A program made the position numbers and the translations under genes. The notes beneath the pieces are model-generated. The model was given only the letters and a program-made list of their open reading frames with translations. It searched no databases and had not been told where the DNA came from. Positions 12,046 to 25,239 of a DNA stretch of 64,000 nt are shown piece after piece (the first letter of the stretch is position 1; each line of letters starts with the position of its first letter). Source of the stretch: Octopus sinensis (Eukaryota); the NCBI RefSeq assembly GCF_006345805.1, contig NC_042999.1, positions 67,642,001 through 67,706,000 on the forward strand. Direction: 5' to 3'.

Positions 12046-13504
12046 ATGCCAACACTTTATATATTGTTTTTCTAAAAAATTTGATTCATTTTATTTTCAC
12101 TTTATTATTTTTTAACAAATTTCTAAAGTTTTTATTTATATTTATAAATATTGGATATTTTCACTGTTTTCTCTTATTTTTTTTTTAAATGCAATATATG
12201 TAAATGAGTAAGAAAACAATTAAAATTTGAACAAATCATATATATATATACTCTTACTCTCTTTTACTTTTTTTTACTTGTTTCAGCCATTTGATTGCGG
12301 CCATGCTGGAGCACCGCCTTTAGTTGAGCAAATCGACCCCAGGACTTATTCTTTGTAAGCTTAGTACTTATTCTATCGGTCTCTCTTGCCGAACCACTAA
12401 GTGATGAGGACCCAAACACACCAGCATCGGTTGTCAAGTGATGGTGGGGGGGGACAAACACAGACACACAAACATACACACACACATATATAATAGATAA
12501 TAAAACGGATGGTTTACACTTGGTAGCTTACTGGTAAAGCGTGGTCACTTACACTGATCGTTAGGTATATGGCAAATGAAAGACAGCAGATGGAATATAC
12601 AAGAATTTATTATTAATCATGACAATTGTTTTGACACATCTAGCATTGATCTCTCATGGGTGGGACACTCAACTGGTTCAGGAGCATCCGGTGGTGCAGA
12701 TGTATCTCGTCGGGTGATAAATAGATATATCACATTAAGATTACTGTTCCGCAATTTAACTTTCTGTTTTGTAGAGAGAAAAGCAAACAGATGGAGGAAA
12801 TATCTTCATTTATATAGATCAAAAATAAAATTACAGATGGCAAAAAGAGAAACGAACACACAATCCAGCGAGACAAGTATTAAAAATAACTGATATCAGA
12901 TATGGATGTATAAATGCCCTCGGGCAAGCTGCATGGCGCAAGTACACCTGCTCATACAAGCATCTGCAAAAATGGGAGCATATGCACATGTGATGTTTGC
13001 TGCACTCATGATCACAAAGTGAGTTAGCTGTCTCCTAGGTGTTTGTAAGAATGGTGAGGTTAAAAGTAAACTTAAGTCGTCCACACCTTAAAGTAAATTA
13101 AATTATGTTAAGTTAACAGTTACTCAAAATTCATTCCCACTGCATTGTGCATAAATACATTTATATGCATGTAGGCATCTCATGAGTTGTTCAGAAATTC
13201 TATTAATGATGATTTCGTTAGTCCACAGAATAGGCTTAGCAATATTTCGTCTGTCGTTACATTCTGAGTTCAAATTCTGCCTAGGTCGACTTTGCCTTTC
13301 ATCCTTTCGGGGTTGATAAATAAAGTACCAGTTTCGCACTGGGGTTGATGTAACCGGCTTCATCCGTTTGTCTGTCCTTGTTTGTCCCCTCTATATTTAG
13401 CCCCTTGTGGGCAATAAAGAATTATATATATTGTATAGTTTCGTGTACAGCATTAATAGGTCCATAGTAAAGTACCAAAATTATATAAAAATAACTTGAA
13501 ATAC

Positions 13505-14273
13505 CAAAGAGTAAATTTACTCAACAAAGTCGCCATTGGCTTCAACCACGGCCTCCAGACGACTTTGGAATCTCCTGCAACTCTTCTGGACGGTCTCTTT
13601 GTTGGTGAATGCTGTCATAAATGTTGCCTTCAGTTCATCTTTGGTGTTACAAGGAGTTTTATTGGTCTCTAACTCAATTGTGTCCCACACATAATAATGA
13701 AGCAGGTTGCAGTGTGGGGAATTAGATGGCCAGATGTTAGGAGTGATGCAGTTGCAGAAATTGTCTGACAGCCACGACTGGGTTCTCCTGCTTGTGTGGC
13801 ATGGTGCAGAGTCCTGTTAGCAGGCATAGAGTCTTCCATTGGCCATCCTCTTGACCCAGAGCAGCACTAACTCCTCCAGGCACTTGATGTAGGCCTCTGT
13901 GTTGAGTGTGAGTCTGTGTGGGAAGATGAATGGAGGCATAACATCAGCATGACTAGTACTCACTCCAAACACCATGATGTTCACTGGATGTTTGATTTTT
14001 ACTATTCTCGGTACAAGTTTTAGGGACATGGCAAACCAACGGTTGTTCTGTATATTCACCATCTGTTTATATTGGAGCTTCCAGCATGAATGCCAAGCAG
14101 TATAGCATGTTTTCAAATTTCTGGCAGAATGAATTGTATCATGGTGCTGTTTTTCTCACAGATGGTGCCCAACTGTCCCTACTATACTGTGTAGTTGACA
14201 AAATCAAAAATGAACAATGCGCATGTGTGAAATTAAAAATATAAAATGGCGACATTTTACCCATCACACCCTG
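13505..14273 (-). mobile_element. Tc1/mariner (maT/DD37D-like) transposon remnant
   Basis: Terminus CAGGGTGTGATGGGTAAAATGTCGCC next to TA. Transposase KHPVNIMVFGV..PPFIFP..YIKCLEE..QDSAPCHTSRRTQSWL..WPSNSP..YYVW..RLEAVVEANGDF, with stops and frameshifts. Confidence 0.9.
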
Positions 14274-14524
14274 TATAATGTATTGTCGTTTGCACAAGGC
14301 CAGCACTTTCATGGGATTGGGCTAGTTGATTATATCAATCCCAGTATTCAACTGGTACTTAAGATATGGACCCTGAAAAGATGAAAGGTAAAGTCAACTG
14401 TGGCAGCATTTGAAGTCAGAATGTAAAGCCAGGAGAAATACTGCTAAGCATTTTCCGTTATAGTAACGATTCTACCAACTCGCCTTATATGTATTTTAAT
14501 CACATTACAGGTTTCCACACAGTT

Positions 14525-14750
14525 TCTTATTTCTTTATTGCCCTCAAGGGGCTAAACATAGAAGGGACAAACAAGGACAGACAAAGGGATTAAGTTGATT
14601 ACATCGACCCCAGTGTGTAACTGGTACTTAATTTATCGACCCCGAAAGGATGAAAGGCAAAGTCGACCTTGGCAGAAATTGAACTCAGAATGTAATGGCA
14701 GATGAACTACCGCGTTTTGCCTGGAGTGCTAACATTTCTGCCAGCTCACC
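14525..14750 (-). mobile_element. SINE family A
   Basis: Homology to 2184-2399. Confidence 0.8.
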
Positions 14751-15764
14751 GCAGAGACTGTGTTTCCAAACAATTTCTATATACCAAATTCACTCACAAG
14801 GCAATAGTAGAAAACACTTCCTTGAGGTACTTTGTAGTTAAGCTGAACCAAAAACCATGCAATAACAAAATGAGAAAAATATTGTTAGTAAAGAAGAATG
14901 CATCTCACTTTAGTATTTTAATAAAACTGTTGGTTTTTCTGTATTAGGCATTTTAGGTAATATTTCCTACAAAGGTTGGCGATCTTGGTGAAAATATCTA
15001 TTTTATTACTAAAACAACAAAGCAGATATCTCCATTGCTCTAAGCTATTTTGGTTCTGGTTTATAGTTTGCAACACTTAATGATGTTGCCAATGGGTAAG
15101 TGTCTTCTGGTTCCAAACTTTTGCTTTATTCCTTTCATCTCTTTGAAACGCTTTCTGTTTTTTTTATCTTCTACTTGTTTCAGTCATTGGAATGTGGCCA
15201 TACTGGATCACTGCCTTGAAGGTCAAACAAGTCGATCCCATGTTTTTTTTTTTGCTTCTAAGTATGGTTCTTATTGTATTGGGTTATTTTGCTGAACCAT
15301 TAAATTACAGGGACATAAACAAACCAACACCAGTTATCAAGAAGTGTAGAGGAGTGACAAATAGACACAAAGATGCACACATAAATATATTCATATATAA
15401 GATGGGCTTCCACACAGTTTCCATTTACCTAATTCAATTACAAGGCTTTTGTTGACCTGAGGCTATTGTGGAAGACACTCAGGGCCAAGATGCCCTACTG
15501 TAGGACTGAACATGAAACCACATGGTTACAATGCAAGCTTCTTAACCACATAGCTGTGCCTATATGAATAACTAATAAACACTAATAAATTTCTGATGGA
15601 GGACTGAGGATTAATGATTAATAATTATTAATTCTCTCTTTAACCATACTTCAATGCAAACAAAACTTCCTGCTCATCAGTACAAAGAACCATTTTAATA
15701 GCATCAAGATACCAAGAGTTCAATACTGTATCTATATTAGAGTGTCATAGGAAAGGGTCACCAG

Positions 15765-15960
15765 ACAAATTATTTGGGCCAAACGGCAGGAGACCTAGGG
15801 GTAGAGAAAAAATGGGATGGCTGGATAATATCCATAGTCTCTTTCGGTCATGCTTGGAAATCCAGCTGTAAAGTGTAATGGTAGTTGCTTCTAATAGGAC
15901 TCTATGGAGGAGGTGCCTGAGGACTTTTCTCTCATGATCCTCTTAGGAATAGCGGACGGA
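15765..15960 (+). mobile_element. RTE-type LINE 3' fragment
   Basis: GRRPRGR..WLDNIHS motif, homologous to 32440-32580. Confidence 0.6.
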
Positions 15961-16093
15961 GAAATTGAATGTGTGGATGGATTATTTTATTTGTTTATCT
16001 TACCGCACCATAAACACACTGGCCACATCTCCAGCGATTTCAACTGTAATGGCTCTGCTTTTTAACTATTTAAAAAAAAAAACTTGTCTTTAA

Positions 16094-16314
16094 CCCTTTC
16101 ATTACCAACCCAGCCAAAACCGCCTTTGGCTCTGTAGTACAAAGGTCTTGTTTTCTTAAGTTTTAAATTAAAATCTTCCACCAAACCTTAGTCACAATTT
16201 ATGTTATTAACACTAGCTTAATGGTAACTAAGTTACTTTACTAAATTCTTTATTATATTTAAAATAATTGAAGGAAACACAGAGCATCTCAAAATAAATA
16301 CGGTAATGAAAGGG
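16094..16314. mobile_element. piggyBac-type MITE family 1
   Basis: TTAA|CCCTTTCATTACC..GGTAATGAAAGGG|TTAA. Copies at 33883-34102, 47382-47601 and 47633-47838. Confidence 0.85.
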
Positions 16315-17416
16315 TTAAAATAATACCCCACGCTGATGGGCAGGAGTATGAAGAACATGACATGCTATGTGTATGATACGATGAAGCAAATTCCATGCTT
16401 GATAGGGAAAAAAAATCATTATTGACTACAGTTCCAGGCACTCAAATAATAGATTACCATTAGTGGATACCATGTTACATATAGACAGAGAACATAAATA
16501 TTAATGGAACATCCCAACACCACATGCATTACAGAATATCTATGGTGAATCTACACTTCTAATTGGGATAGACGTTTCTACTATATTGGAAACTATTAAA
16601 CTGAGCATCCCAGTTGTAGACCTTGTAAGAATAATAGTCAATGTGTACATGACACCAGCCTGATCAATAATGGAAGAATATTTAGTACTTTATCTTCTGA
16701 ATATAGTTTTTCTGGTTTCAGATAAAATTATAGTTTTAAGGTGTACAATGGAACCAAGAATAGGTTTGAAAATATTGTTTAAAAAAAGTGATGCAAACAA
16801 TGTCCTTTAAATTTTAGAATAGAGTTGTTAAAAAGAAAATAATGAAATATCTAAGACTATATATAGATGCTCTGTCATATAATGAAATAGCTCCCATTAA
16901 ATGCTATGCCATATAGTAAAATAGACCAGTTCATGGATGCTATGCTATATTGTAAAATAGATAATAGATTTAAGATATTGCTTATCTCAATAGTGAAGTC
17001 ATGGAAAAACAGATTAATTTGATTAGATATCTAGTTCTGCCCTCCTGGTGAGTACAGCTGTAAAAATATTTGCAAGATGTGTTCTACAAACTCATAAGAT
17101 CATCTGTGAAATAAGAAGTATAGTATACCCTTTAACTCTAAAATTTAAACTGACCATATCTGGTCCAAATACTCGACCTGTTTTATGTTCAAATCAGCTA
17201 AATCTGGCCCTACAATGCTACTCTAAAAATAAGGAATTTTATCATTGAAATCTTGTAGCTATGTGATAATACATGATTAATTCAGAACATAAGCATTATG
17301 TTCGACAGAGTAATCTGAATGCTAAAGGTTCCAAGCAGCAAGGTGTGGATCATCTTGGAAATTATGAAGGAAGGACAGTTCAGAGTAGAGATTAAATTTT
17401 CAGCAAACATTGAAAT

Positions 17417-17724
17417 AACTATTGCAGCATGGAAGGCGTTTATAAGCCATTTAAGAGACACACAAAAACTGTTAGATTCACTTCAACATTTAAATTTAAT
17501 TTGTCAAAATATTTTTGTCGCTTTGAGACCGCGACCTGTTCACTGACAAAACTTCGTGCTGCATCTCTAAAAGTTTTGCCATCTCTAAAGATTTGTCAGT
17601 GAACAGGTCGCAGTCTCAAAGCGACGAAAATATTTTGGCAAATTAATTTAAATGTTGAAGTGAATCTAACGGTTTTTGTGTGTTTCTTAAATGGCTTAAA
17701 AACACCTTTCACGCTGCAATTGTT
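17417..17724. repeat. Foldback element, ~135 bp arms, each ending in a hammerhead-like three-way-junction motif
   Basis: 17417-17550 is inverted at 17592-17724; spacer ~41 bp. Confidence 0.9.
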
Positions 17725-17917
17725 TTCGTTCCAGCATACAATCTCAGATTAGGTCACTTGCTATGCAAGTACATCTCCATAATTGAAATAACTGTTGAAA
17801 AGAAATTCATATCCACATTTTATCAACAAATACTATACTAAAAATTCAACAGACTCAATGTGTATCTACTCATTCTTATGGTGCAATACTAAGACAGATA
17901 AGTTAATCAGTTTGTTT

Positions 17918-18131
17918 ATCATCATCATCATCATCATCATCGTTTAACGTCTGCTTTCCATGCTAGCATGGGTTGGACGATTTTGACTGAGGGCTGGCGA
18001 ACCAGATGGCTGCACCAGGCTCCAATCTTGATTTGGCAGAGTTTCTGCAGCTGGATGCCCTTCCGAATGCCAAGATGCCCTTCCTAACGCCAGGATGCCC
18101 TTCCTAACGCCAGGATGCCCTTCCTAATGCC
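17918..18131 (-). mobile_element. SINE family C, 5'-truncated, ending in a 20-bp unit repeated four times
   Basis: (ATC)n followed by CGTTTAACGTCTGCTTTCCATGCTAGC; GGATGCCCTTCCTAACGCCA x4 at 18053-18131. Confidence 0.85.
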
Positions 18132-18915
18132 GTTTGTTTAATAAATGCAAATCCAGTCTTAACCATAAATCCAACTGGAGTGACACTAATTACCCACTCA
18201 TTAACTCACTCTTGCTCCTGCTTGATGGGGCTGTGGTCATCCCAAGTTAGTGGTCACAGAAGTGTCATCATGTGTAGAGCCAATGAGGTCAACCAGTGCC
18301 TTACATAACTGGCAGACCTGCACCAACTCTTCTGCATTCTCCAAGATGACCGTAAGTCTCTGCAGATCTTTAATCATGTTCAGCTATCTGGTGCAAAGTA
18401 ACACCAATACACCTTACCTATGTGCATATATCACTCCCATTATATTATTACACATATACATTAGTGTATATATGTATTTATCTATGTGCACATGTATGTG
18501 TATGTGTGTACATTTTTTGTGTTATTTAGTTTAATCTCAGCTAGATTATTTTAAGTTTATTTTGTTATAATAACTGGTTAAAAGCATTTACTTCATAAAA
18601 ATCCAATTTTAATAGACTTTGTACAATAAACAAATATTTGAAATATACTTTGAGATTAAATATACTTACATAACAAATGATGTCCCTAAATGTTAAAACC
18701 AGTGCCACGAGGAAAAAATTCTATTAATGAGTGCTATTTATGGGAAGAAAAAGAAAGAATGAATAATGGCAATGAATTGAATTAAATATAGATTAGAAAT
18801 CAGAGAACTGAATCTGAAAATAATATGCTTATATGTCAAAAGTTCAAACAGAAAGAATACAGTAGACCTATTGATCCAAAGTTTAACCAAAAAATACTAA
18901 GGCATAAAAGAATAT

Positions 18916-18970
<55 letters not shown>

Positions 18971-19245
18971 TGCAGGTGTGGCTGTGCGATAAGAAGCTTG
19001 CTTCCCAACCACATAGTTCTGGGTTCAGCCCCACTGTGTGGTACCTTGGGCAAGTGTTTTCTATTATGGTCTTGGGTTGACCAAAGCCTTACCAGTGGAT
19101 TTGATAAATGGAAACTGAAAGAACGCTGTGTGTGTATATATGTATTATATTATATTATATTATATTATATTATATATATCATCATGGTTTAACGTCCGCT
19201 TTCCATGCTAGCATGGGTTGGATGATTTGACTGAGGACTGGCGGT

Positions 19246-19585
19246 TGTCAACTTAATGTGACAGTCCCATGAAAGGGAAGAATGCTACTGCTAATTAGCC
19301 CTAGGAAACACCTCCTGTTGGATTTGACACATTTTCTGTGTGCTTATGTTTTCAAAGGGGGAGATAAGCACCTCCAACAAGCAAAGCCAGTTTCCAGAGA
19401 CTAGTTTCTGAGTCATTGCTCATCATCAGTCTGGAGTAGCATGGCTTACTAGCTGTCGATGCCTATTCACCTTTGAAAACATAAGGACACAGAAAATGTG
19501 TCATGGCCAACAGGAAGCGGTGTTTCCTAGGGCCAAATAGCAGTAGCATTCTTCCCTTTCATGGGACAGTCACATTAAGTTGACA
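19246..19585. mobile_element. Foldback element with ~125 bp arms and a hammerhead in the spacer
   Basis: TGTCAACTTAATGTGAC.. (19246-19371) is inverted at 19458-19585. Confidence 0.9.
19393..19435 (-). ncRNA. Minimal type I hammerhead ribozyme
   Basis: Minus strand reads UCCAGA-CUGAUGA-UGAG(CAAUGA)CUCA-GAAA-C(UA)G-UC-UCUGGA. It has a 6-bp stem I, the intact CUGANGA/GAAA core, a 4-bp stem II, a 2-bp stem III with palindromic CUAG, and a GUC cleavage triplet. The stem II closing pair is U-A rather than the usual R-Y. Confidence 0.75.
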
Positions 19586-19969
19586 TACCATCACTAGCTG
19601 CTGCTGCTACTACTACTACTGATACTGCTGCTACTACTACTACTACTACTGCTACTGCTTCTGCTGCTTCTTATAGAAACCACAATTTCAATAACAAACA
19701 TAACTACTACACCTTTAACTGACGAAAACTATAATGACAAAGAAAAAAATCATAAACTTAATTAAAATTCATGAACTCCAATTTCAATTTGGTTTCTAGC
19801 TTTGCTTATAACATCATTAATTTATTTCTGCAATAATTAACACCGAAGAAGTAGATTACAATTAATGAATATCAAATCATAGTTGTAGCAGTGAATGTGT
19901 ATGTGTGTATCTGTGTGTATATGTGTGTATGTTTGTATGTGTGTGCATATGTCTCTGTATATGTGAATG

Positions 19970-20003
<34 letters not shown>

Positions 20004-20029
20004 TTGTGTGTCTGCCTCTTTTTAACTCT

Positions 20030-20250
20030 TTTTTACTCTTTTACTTGTTTCAATCATTTGATTGTGGCCATGCAGGAGCACCGCCTTTAGTCGAGCAAAT
20101 TGACCCCAGGACTTATTCTTTGTAAGCCTAGTACTTATTCTATCAGTCTCTTTTGCCAAACTGCTAAGTTATGGGGACGTAAACACACCACCATCAGTTG
20201 TCAAGTGATGGTGGTGGGGGGGACAAACACAGACACACAAACATATACAC

Positions 20251-20281
<31 letters not shown>

Positions 20282-20455
20282 CATACATACGACGAGCTTC
20301 TTTCAGTTTCCGTTTACCAAATCCACTGGTAAGGCTTCAGTCAGCCTGAGGCTATAGTAGAAGACACTTGCCCAAGGTGCCATGCAGTGGGACTGAACCC
20401 AGAACCATGTGGTTCATAAGCAAGCTGCTTACCACACAGTCACTCCTGCACCTGT
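20030..20455 (-). mobile_element. SINE family B, full length
   Basis: Reverse complement of 7120-7500. Confidence 0.85.
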
Positions 20456-20479
20456 ATATAAGTGTATAACTGTTGTTGG

Positions 20480-20880
20480 TGTCATGCTTGTGTGTGTCCT
20501 TATGTGTTTGTGTGAGTATGCTTGTGGGTGTATGTGCATGTGTCTGTATGTGTGTGTCTGCATGTGTATGTCTGTGTGCGTGCATGCATGTTAATGTGCT
20601 TGTGTATGTGTTTATGTATGTTTATGTGTTTGTGTGTATATGTGCTTGTGTGTGTGCACGTATGTGTGTCTGTGCTTGTATATATGTTGCGTATTTGTGT
20701 TTATATGTTAGTGTGTGTGATTATGTGTTTGTGTGTGTGTGTGTGTTTGTTTGTATGTGTGTGTGTTTGTATATGCATGTGCATGTGTGTGCTTGTGTAT
20801 GCATGTTCGTCTGTGTGTAAATATCTGTGTTTGACTGTATCAGTACTTACATTCAAGTCTAAATATATGTGAGCATGTAT
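20480..20880. repeat. Degenerate (TG)n/(TGTA)n microsatellite tract
   Basis: Low-complexity TG-rich run; it generates spurious Cys/Val ORFs. Confidence 0.95.
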
Positions 20881-21875
20881 GTTTTAAAATTTGTGTTTTT
20901 AATAATTAATTTGGTAATTACAATATAAACCTATGACCAAACTACTTTGAGTTACATAATTCCTGGTCTAATTACATTTAATTATTTATAATTAATATCA
21001 GATTAAATGTTAGTTAATGCAATTCATAATGGCTTTTTCTCAAAACTTCTCCATCCAAAACTGGAATCTGGCTTTCTCATGAAATATTCTTAAGCCAGTG
21101 GCAGAGAAAGAGTTCTTGGTGTCTGTGAGTAAAGACAGTTTTGGTGCTGCTCACATCTTAGTTAACAGGTATTATAGACTAGAACAGTGATTCTCAGCCA
21201 ATTTTTTACCAATGGGTCCCCTTTGATTGCTATGCTATTCTGGCCCCTCATAGCCAGAATAGCATAGCAATCATAGTAAAAGCAGCAGACACACACACAC
21301 ATACATACATACATACATACATACATACATACATACATACATACATACATACATACATACATGCTATTCTGGCCCCTCTTAGCCATTCAATGTCTTAAAA
21401 AGCCCTATTATGTTTTTATAATTAAATATTAGTAGGAATTGTATAAAAAACTATTTTAAAGTCTTTTGTGTGTTATAGAAGTATACTCTTTACTGCACTG
21501 AGTTTTATCTGGATGATCCCCAAGGGCCATGTGAACCCTGGTTGAGAAAAACCACTGAGCAGGAGGATTTTTCGAGAGCCTTCACATGTACATCTGGAGT
21601 GGAATGAGATATACTGGGGGTAATTGTTTGGATGCTGATGATTTGGCATGGCTGACTGGACATTCAACCTGTTTTGGTAACAATAGTTTTGACACTGGCG
21701 CCTAACACGCACAGACACAGACACACATGTGCACTCACATCCTGAAATGAATGCCAAGTGTGTGTGTAACAGAAGGAGAGAAAGAGAGACATTTAGTTAG
21801 TCTACATCACTCTATAAAAAGCATAGGGCTGGTTTCCTGGTCTCTGGCATATATATATATATTGCTACCTAGTGA

Positions 21876-22200
21876 AGGCATATGGCTTAGTGGTTTGGGG
21901 CATTCGGCTCATGATCGTAAGGTCGTGAGTTCAATTCCTGGTGATGTGTTGTGTCCTTGAGCAAGACACTTTATTTCACGTTGCTCTAGTTCACTCAGCT
22001 GGCAAAAATGAGAAGTACCCGTATTTCAAAGGGCCAGCCCTGTCGCACTCTGTGTCATGCTAAATCTCCCTGAGAACTACATTAAGGGTACACATGTTCA
22101 TGGAGTGTTTGGCCACTTGCACATTAATTTCATGAGAAAGCTGTTCCATTGATCAGATCAATTGGGACCCCCTTGTCATCGTAACTGACGGAGTATTCCT
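21876..22200 (+). mobile_element. tRNA-derived SINE family E
   Basis: GGCATATGGCTTAGTGGTT..GAGTTCAATTCC..GTGTCCTTGAGCAAGACACTTTA. Related copies at 22200-22392 (-), 22735-23035 (+), 41500-41665 (-), 49040-49300 (-) and 62560-62690 (-). Confidence 0.75.
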
Positions 22201-22479
22201 TTTTTTTGTTTGCTACCTGGATGGGATGCTAGTCCATTACAAGATTACTCATTTTTACCTGCTGAGTGAACTGGAATAACATGAAATGAAGTGTTTTGCT
22301 CAAGAACTTAATGCATTGCCTGGTCAAAGAACTGAAACCACAATCTTACAATCCTGATTGCAACAGCCTAACCACTATGCCAAGCACCTCCAAGAGAGAG
22401 ACATTACACTTTATGAATTGAATGCAATTAACATAAAACTTTTCCCTCTCCTCAAACACAGAAAAAAAATATTCTCACA

Positions 22480-22670
22480 CATAATGAGTGAGAGACAAAG
22501 AAAGAGAGAGAGAGAGAGAGACAAAGAAAAAGAGAGAGTGAGAGACAAAGAAAGAGAGAGAGTGAGAGACAAAGAAAGAAAAAGAGAGAGTGAGAGACAA
22601 AGAAAGAGAGAGAGAGAGTGAGAGACAAAGAAAGAGAGAGAGGGAGAGGAAAAGTGGAGAGAGAGAAAGA
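22480..22670. repeat. Compound GA-rich minisatellite (GAGAGAGTGAGAGACAAAGAAA-like units)
   Basis: About six imperfect 22-24 bp units. Confidence 0.9.
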
Positions 22671-24267
22671 GATACTACAATTTATCAATTGAAAATGGTT
22701 GACATAAACACTTTCCATCCCTTCATATACATAAAGGCACATGGTTCAGTAGTTAGGGTGCTGGGCTCACAATCATGAGGTAGTGAGTTCAATTCCTGGA
22801 CCGAGCTGTGTGTTGCTTTCTTGAGAAAGACACTTTATTTCTTGTTACTCCAGTTCACTTGTCTGTAGAAATGGTGCCAAGCTGTATCAGCCTTTGCCTT
22901 TCCCTTGGTGATGTGGAGAGGAGAAGCTGGTATGCATGGGCGACTGCTGGTCTTCCATGAACAACCTTGCCCAGACTTGTGCCTCGGAAGGGAACTTTCT
23001 AGGTTCAATTTCATGGTCATTTATGACTAAAAGGGGGATTTTTGACCTTATACATAAAGAGACCGAAGGGTATCTCTATCCTTATACATAAAGAGAAATA
23101 TATTCTAGTGTAAAATAAACTGCTTGAATATAAGACCAGATGGACATAACTGGAATGTCTATGCTCATAGGTCTTTTCAAGTACTGTTAATCTTATAACA
23201 TGATTCATTTATCTTTTATGTTTTACTTATTTCAGTCATTTGACTGTGGCCATGTTGTGGCACCATCTTGAAGAATAATTTAATGGAATGAGTCAGCCCC
23301 AGTACTTTTGCTATTTTCAAACCTGGTACCAATTCCATCAGTCTTCTTTTGCTGACCAGTAAGCTTACAAGAACGTGAACACACAAGCACCGGTCATCAA
23401 GCAGTGGTGGAGGACAAACCCTAAACTTAAGCACGCACACACACACACGATGAGCTTCTTTCAGTTTATGTCTACCAAATTCACTCACAAGGCTTTGATC
23501 AACCCAAGGCTATAGCTGAAGACATTACTATCATTATATTCAAGAATGACTAAATTATCTACTTCAATGGACTGTATTATATAATTTTCATTACTGTATT
23601 GATAAATAAAATAACACATACATCTCATTTATTATTATCATGTAATAAACAAACAGAATTTCATGTATAAAAATGATCTTTTTTCTGCTTCAATTATTAA
23701 ATGCTTTTCTCTTATAAAAATATTATATCTTTGCCATTACTGTATAGATAAAAATAATACCACATCAAAGGTGTAATGTAGTGGAACTGAACTCAGAACC
23801 ATGTGATTTGGAAGCAAACTTTTTACCACACAGCCATGCCTGCCTCTATATATGACTTCTAAACCTGAATAGTTCAATGAACTGGAGAATGAGTTGTGAG
23901 GTTCATGCCTTTTTCTAAGGTTATTAAAGAAAGAAACCATGTTTTTCACATATTTGCCTGACTGGAAGCTTACCTTTTAGTCTTTGACACTTGCTCTATG
24001 AAAATATTAATGGCATTTGGCATCAACAAAGCATTAAACACAAAAAATTTCTATCAAATTTTTTAGATATGAAATATTTTTAAACAACAGTATTCACCTT
24101 CTTTTTTATTTGTTCTTTCTTTTTTTCTTTTTTCTTTCTTTTTCTTTGTGCTTCTGCCATCATCAATTCTGATACAAGAATCCTGGTTTTGTCTGAGAAT
24201 ATTTATCATTATACAACACAAAGATCAAATGAATAAAATGAATATAAATGAATAAAAATCCAAACCA

Positions 24268-24303
24268 CTATACATACATACACACATATACATATATGCA
24301 TAT

Positions 24304-24352
<49 letters not shown>

Positions 24353-24470
24353 CTTATATATACATATATATATATGTGTACATATATATACACACACACA
24401 TATATATATATACACACACATATATATACATACATACATACATACATACATACATACATACATACATACA
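24268..24470. repeat. (TA)n/(CA)n/(TACA)n compound microsatellite
   Basis: Directly visible. Confidence 0.95.
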
Positions 24471-25239
24471 GCGTTAGTAAAACTGTTAAAGTAAATAGAT
24501 GTAATAGTTCCTTATGTAAATATTTTCTTCCTTCAATACCATAAAGAATTTAGCTGTTATTTGCAAAAATGAAAAAAAAAATAATAGTAGTAATAAAGTT
24601 AAAAAGATATTAAAATAAATAAGTGAAAAAAAATTACAATTTCCAAAATATATTTTCTGTTGAATTAATCTTTTAAAATATGGTAATGATTTCTTTGTTG
24701 GAACCAGATAGAATGAGCAAAAAAATCTGATAATAAATATAATGAGAATTATTGTGTGTAACGTTAAATTTATATATATTTATTTTTCTTTTAACTGTTA
24801 TCTAATATTTTTGTTCTGTAATGACAGCGATTTGGGTGAGGTTGTAGATTGTATTTTGGTAAATTTTAGATATTTTCAGAGAGTCATTTTAGCATCTTGG
24901 CACCAGAATCACTGTGCTGAGTCATTAGTAATGATATATATCTCTGACCTCCAGACAAGCTGTCTCTTCGATGTGATATTTCTACTGCTTCAACAGCAGC
25001 CTCTGCTATTCTCAGGTAGTCAGTCGTGTTTCACCTGCACTAAGGATCTCCCAGAGTATATGTATCTCATTAACCATATTGTGTTCTCAGGCCCACACAT
25101 TAACCAGTATAGAGGTAGGGCCCCTATTAATTAAGGCTGACCATACATTTGCATATATGGCCCAAGCTTGGGCAAGTGTCTTCAACCAAAGTCTCATGTT
25201 GACCAAAGCCTTGCGAATGTGTTTGGTAGATGGAAATTG

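Noticed and set aside
12552-12893. ORF 12576-12893 (+) and an open minus frame (..PPDAPEPVECP..)
   Set aside because: Better explained by a LINE endonuclease remnant and chance; no domain match.
18670-18733. Minus-strand segment with strong splice sites
   Set aside because: Stops in all three frames; a UTR or lncRNA exon cannot be supported without transcripts.
18305-24192. Phase-compatible minus-strand exon candidates 24098-24192 and 18305-18383
   Set aside because: The first is largely a low-complexity purine run with a weak donor, and the second uses a suboptimal acceptor. No recognisable product.
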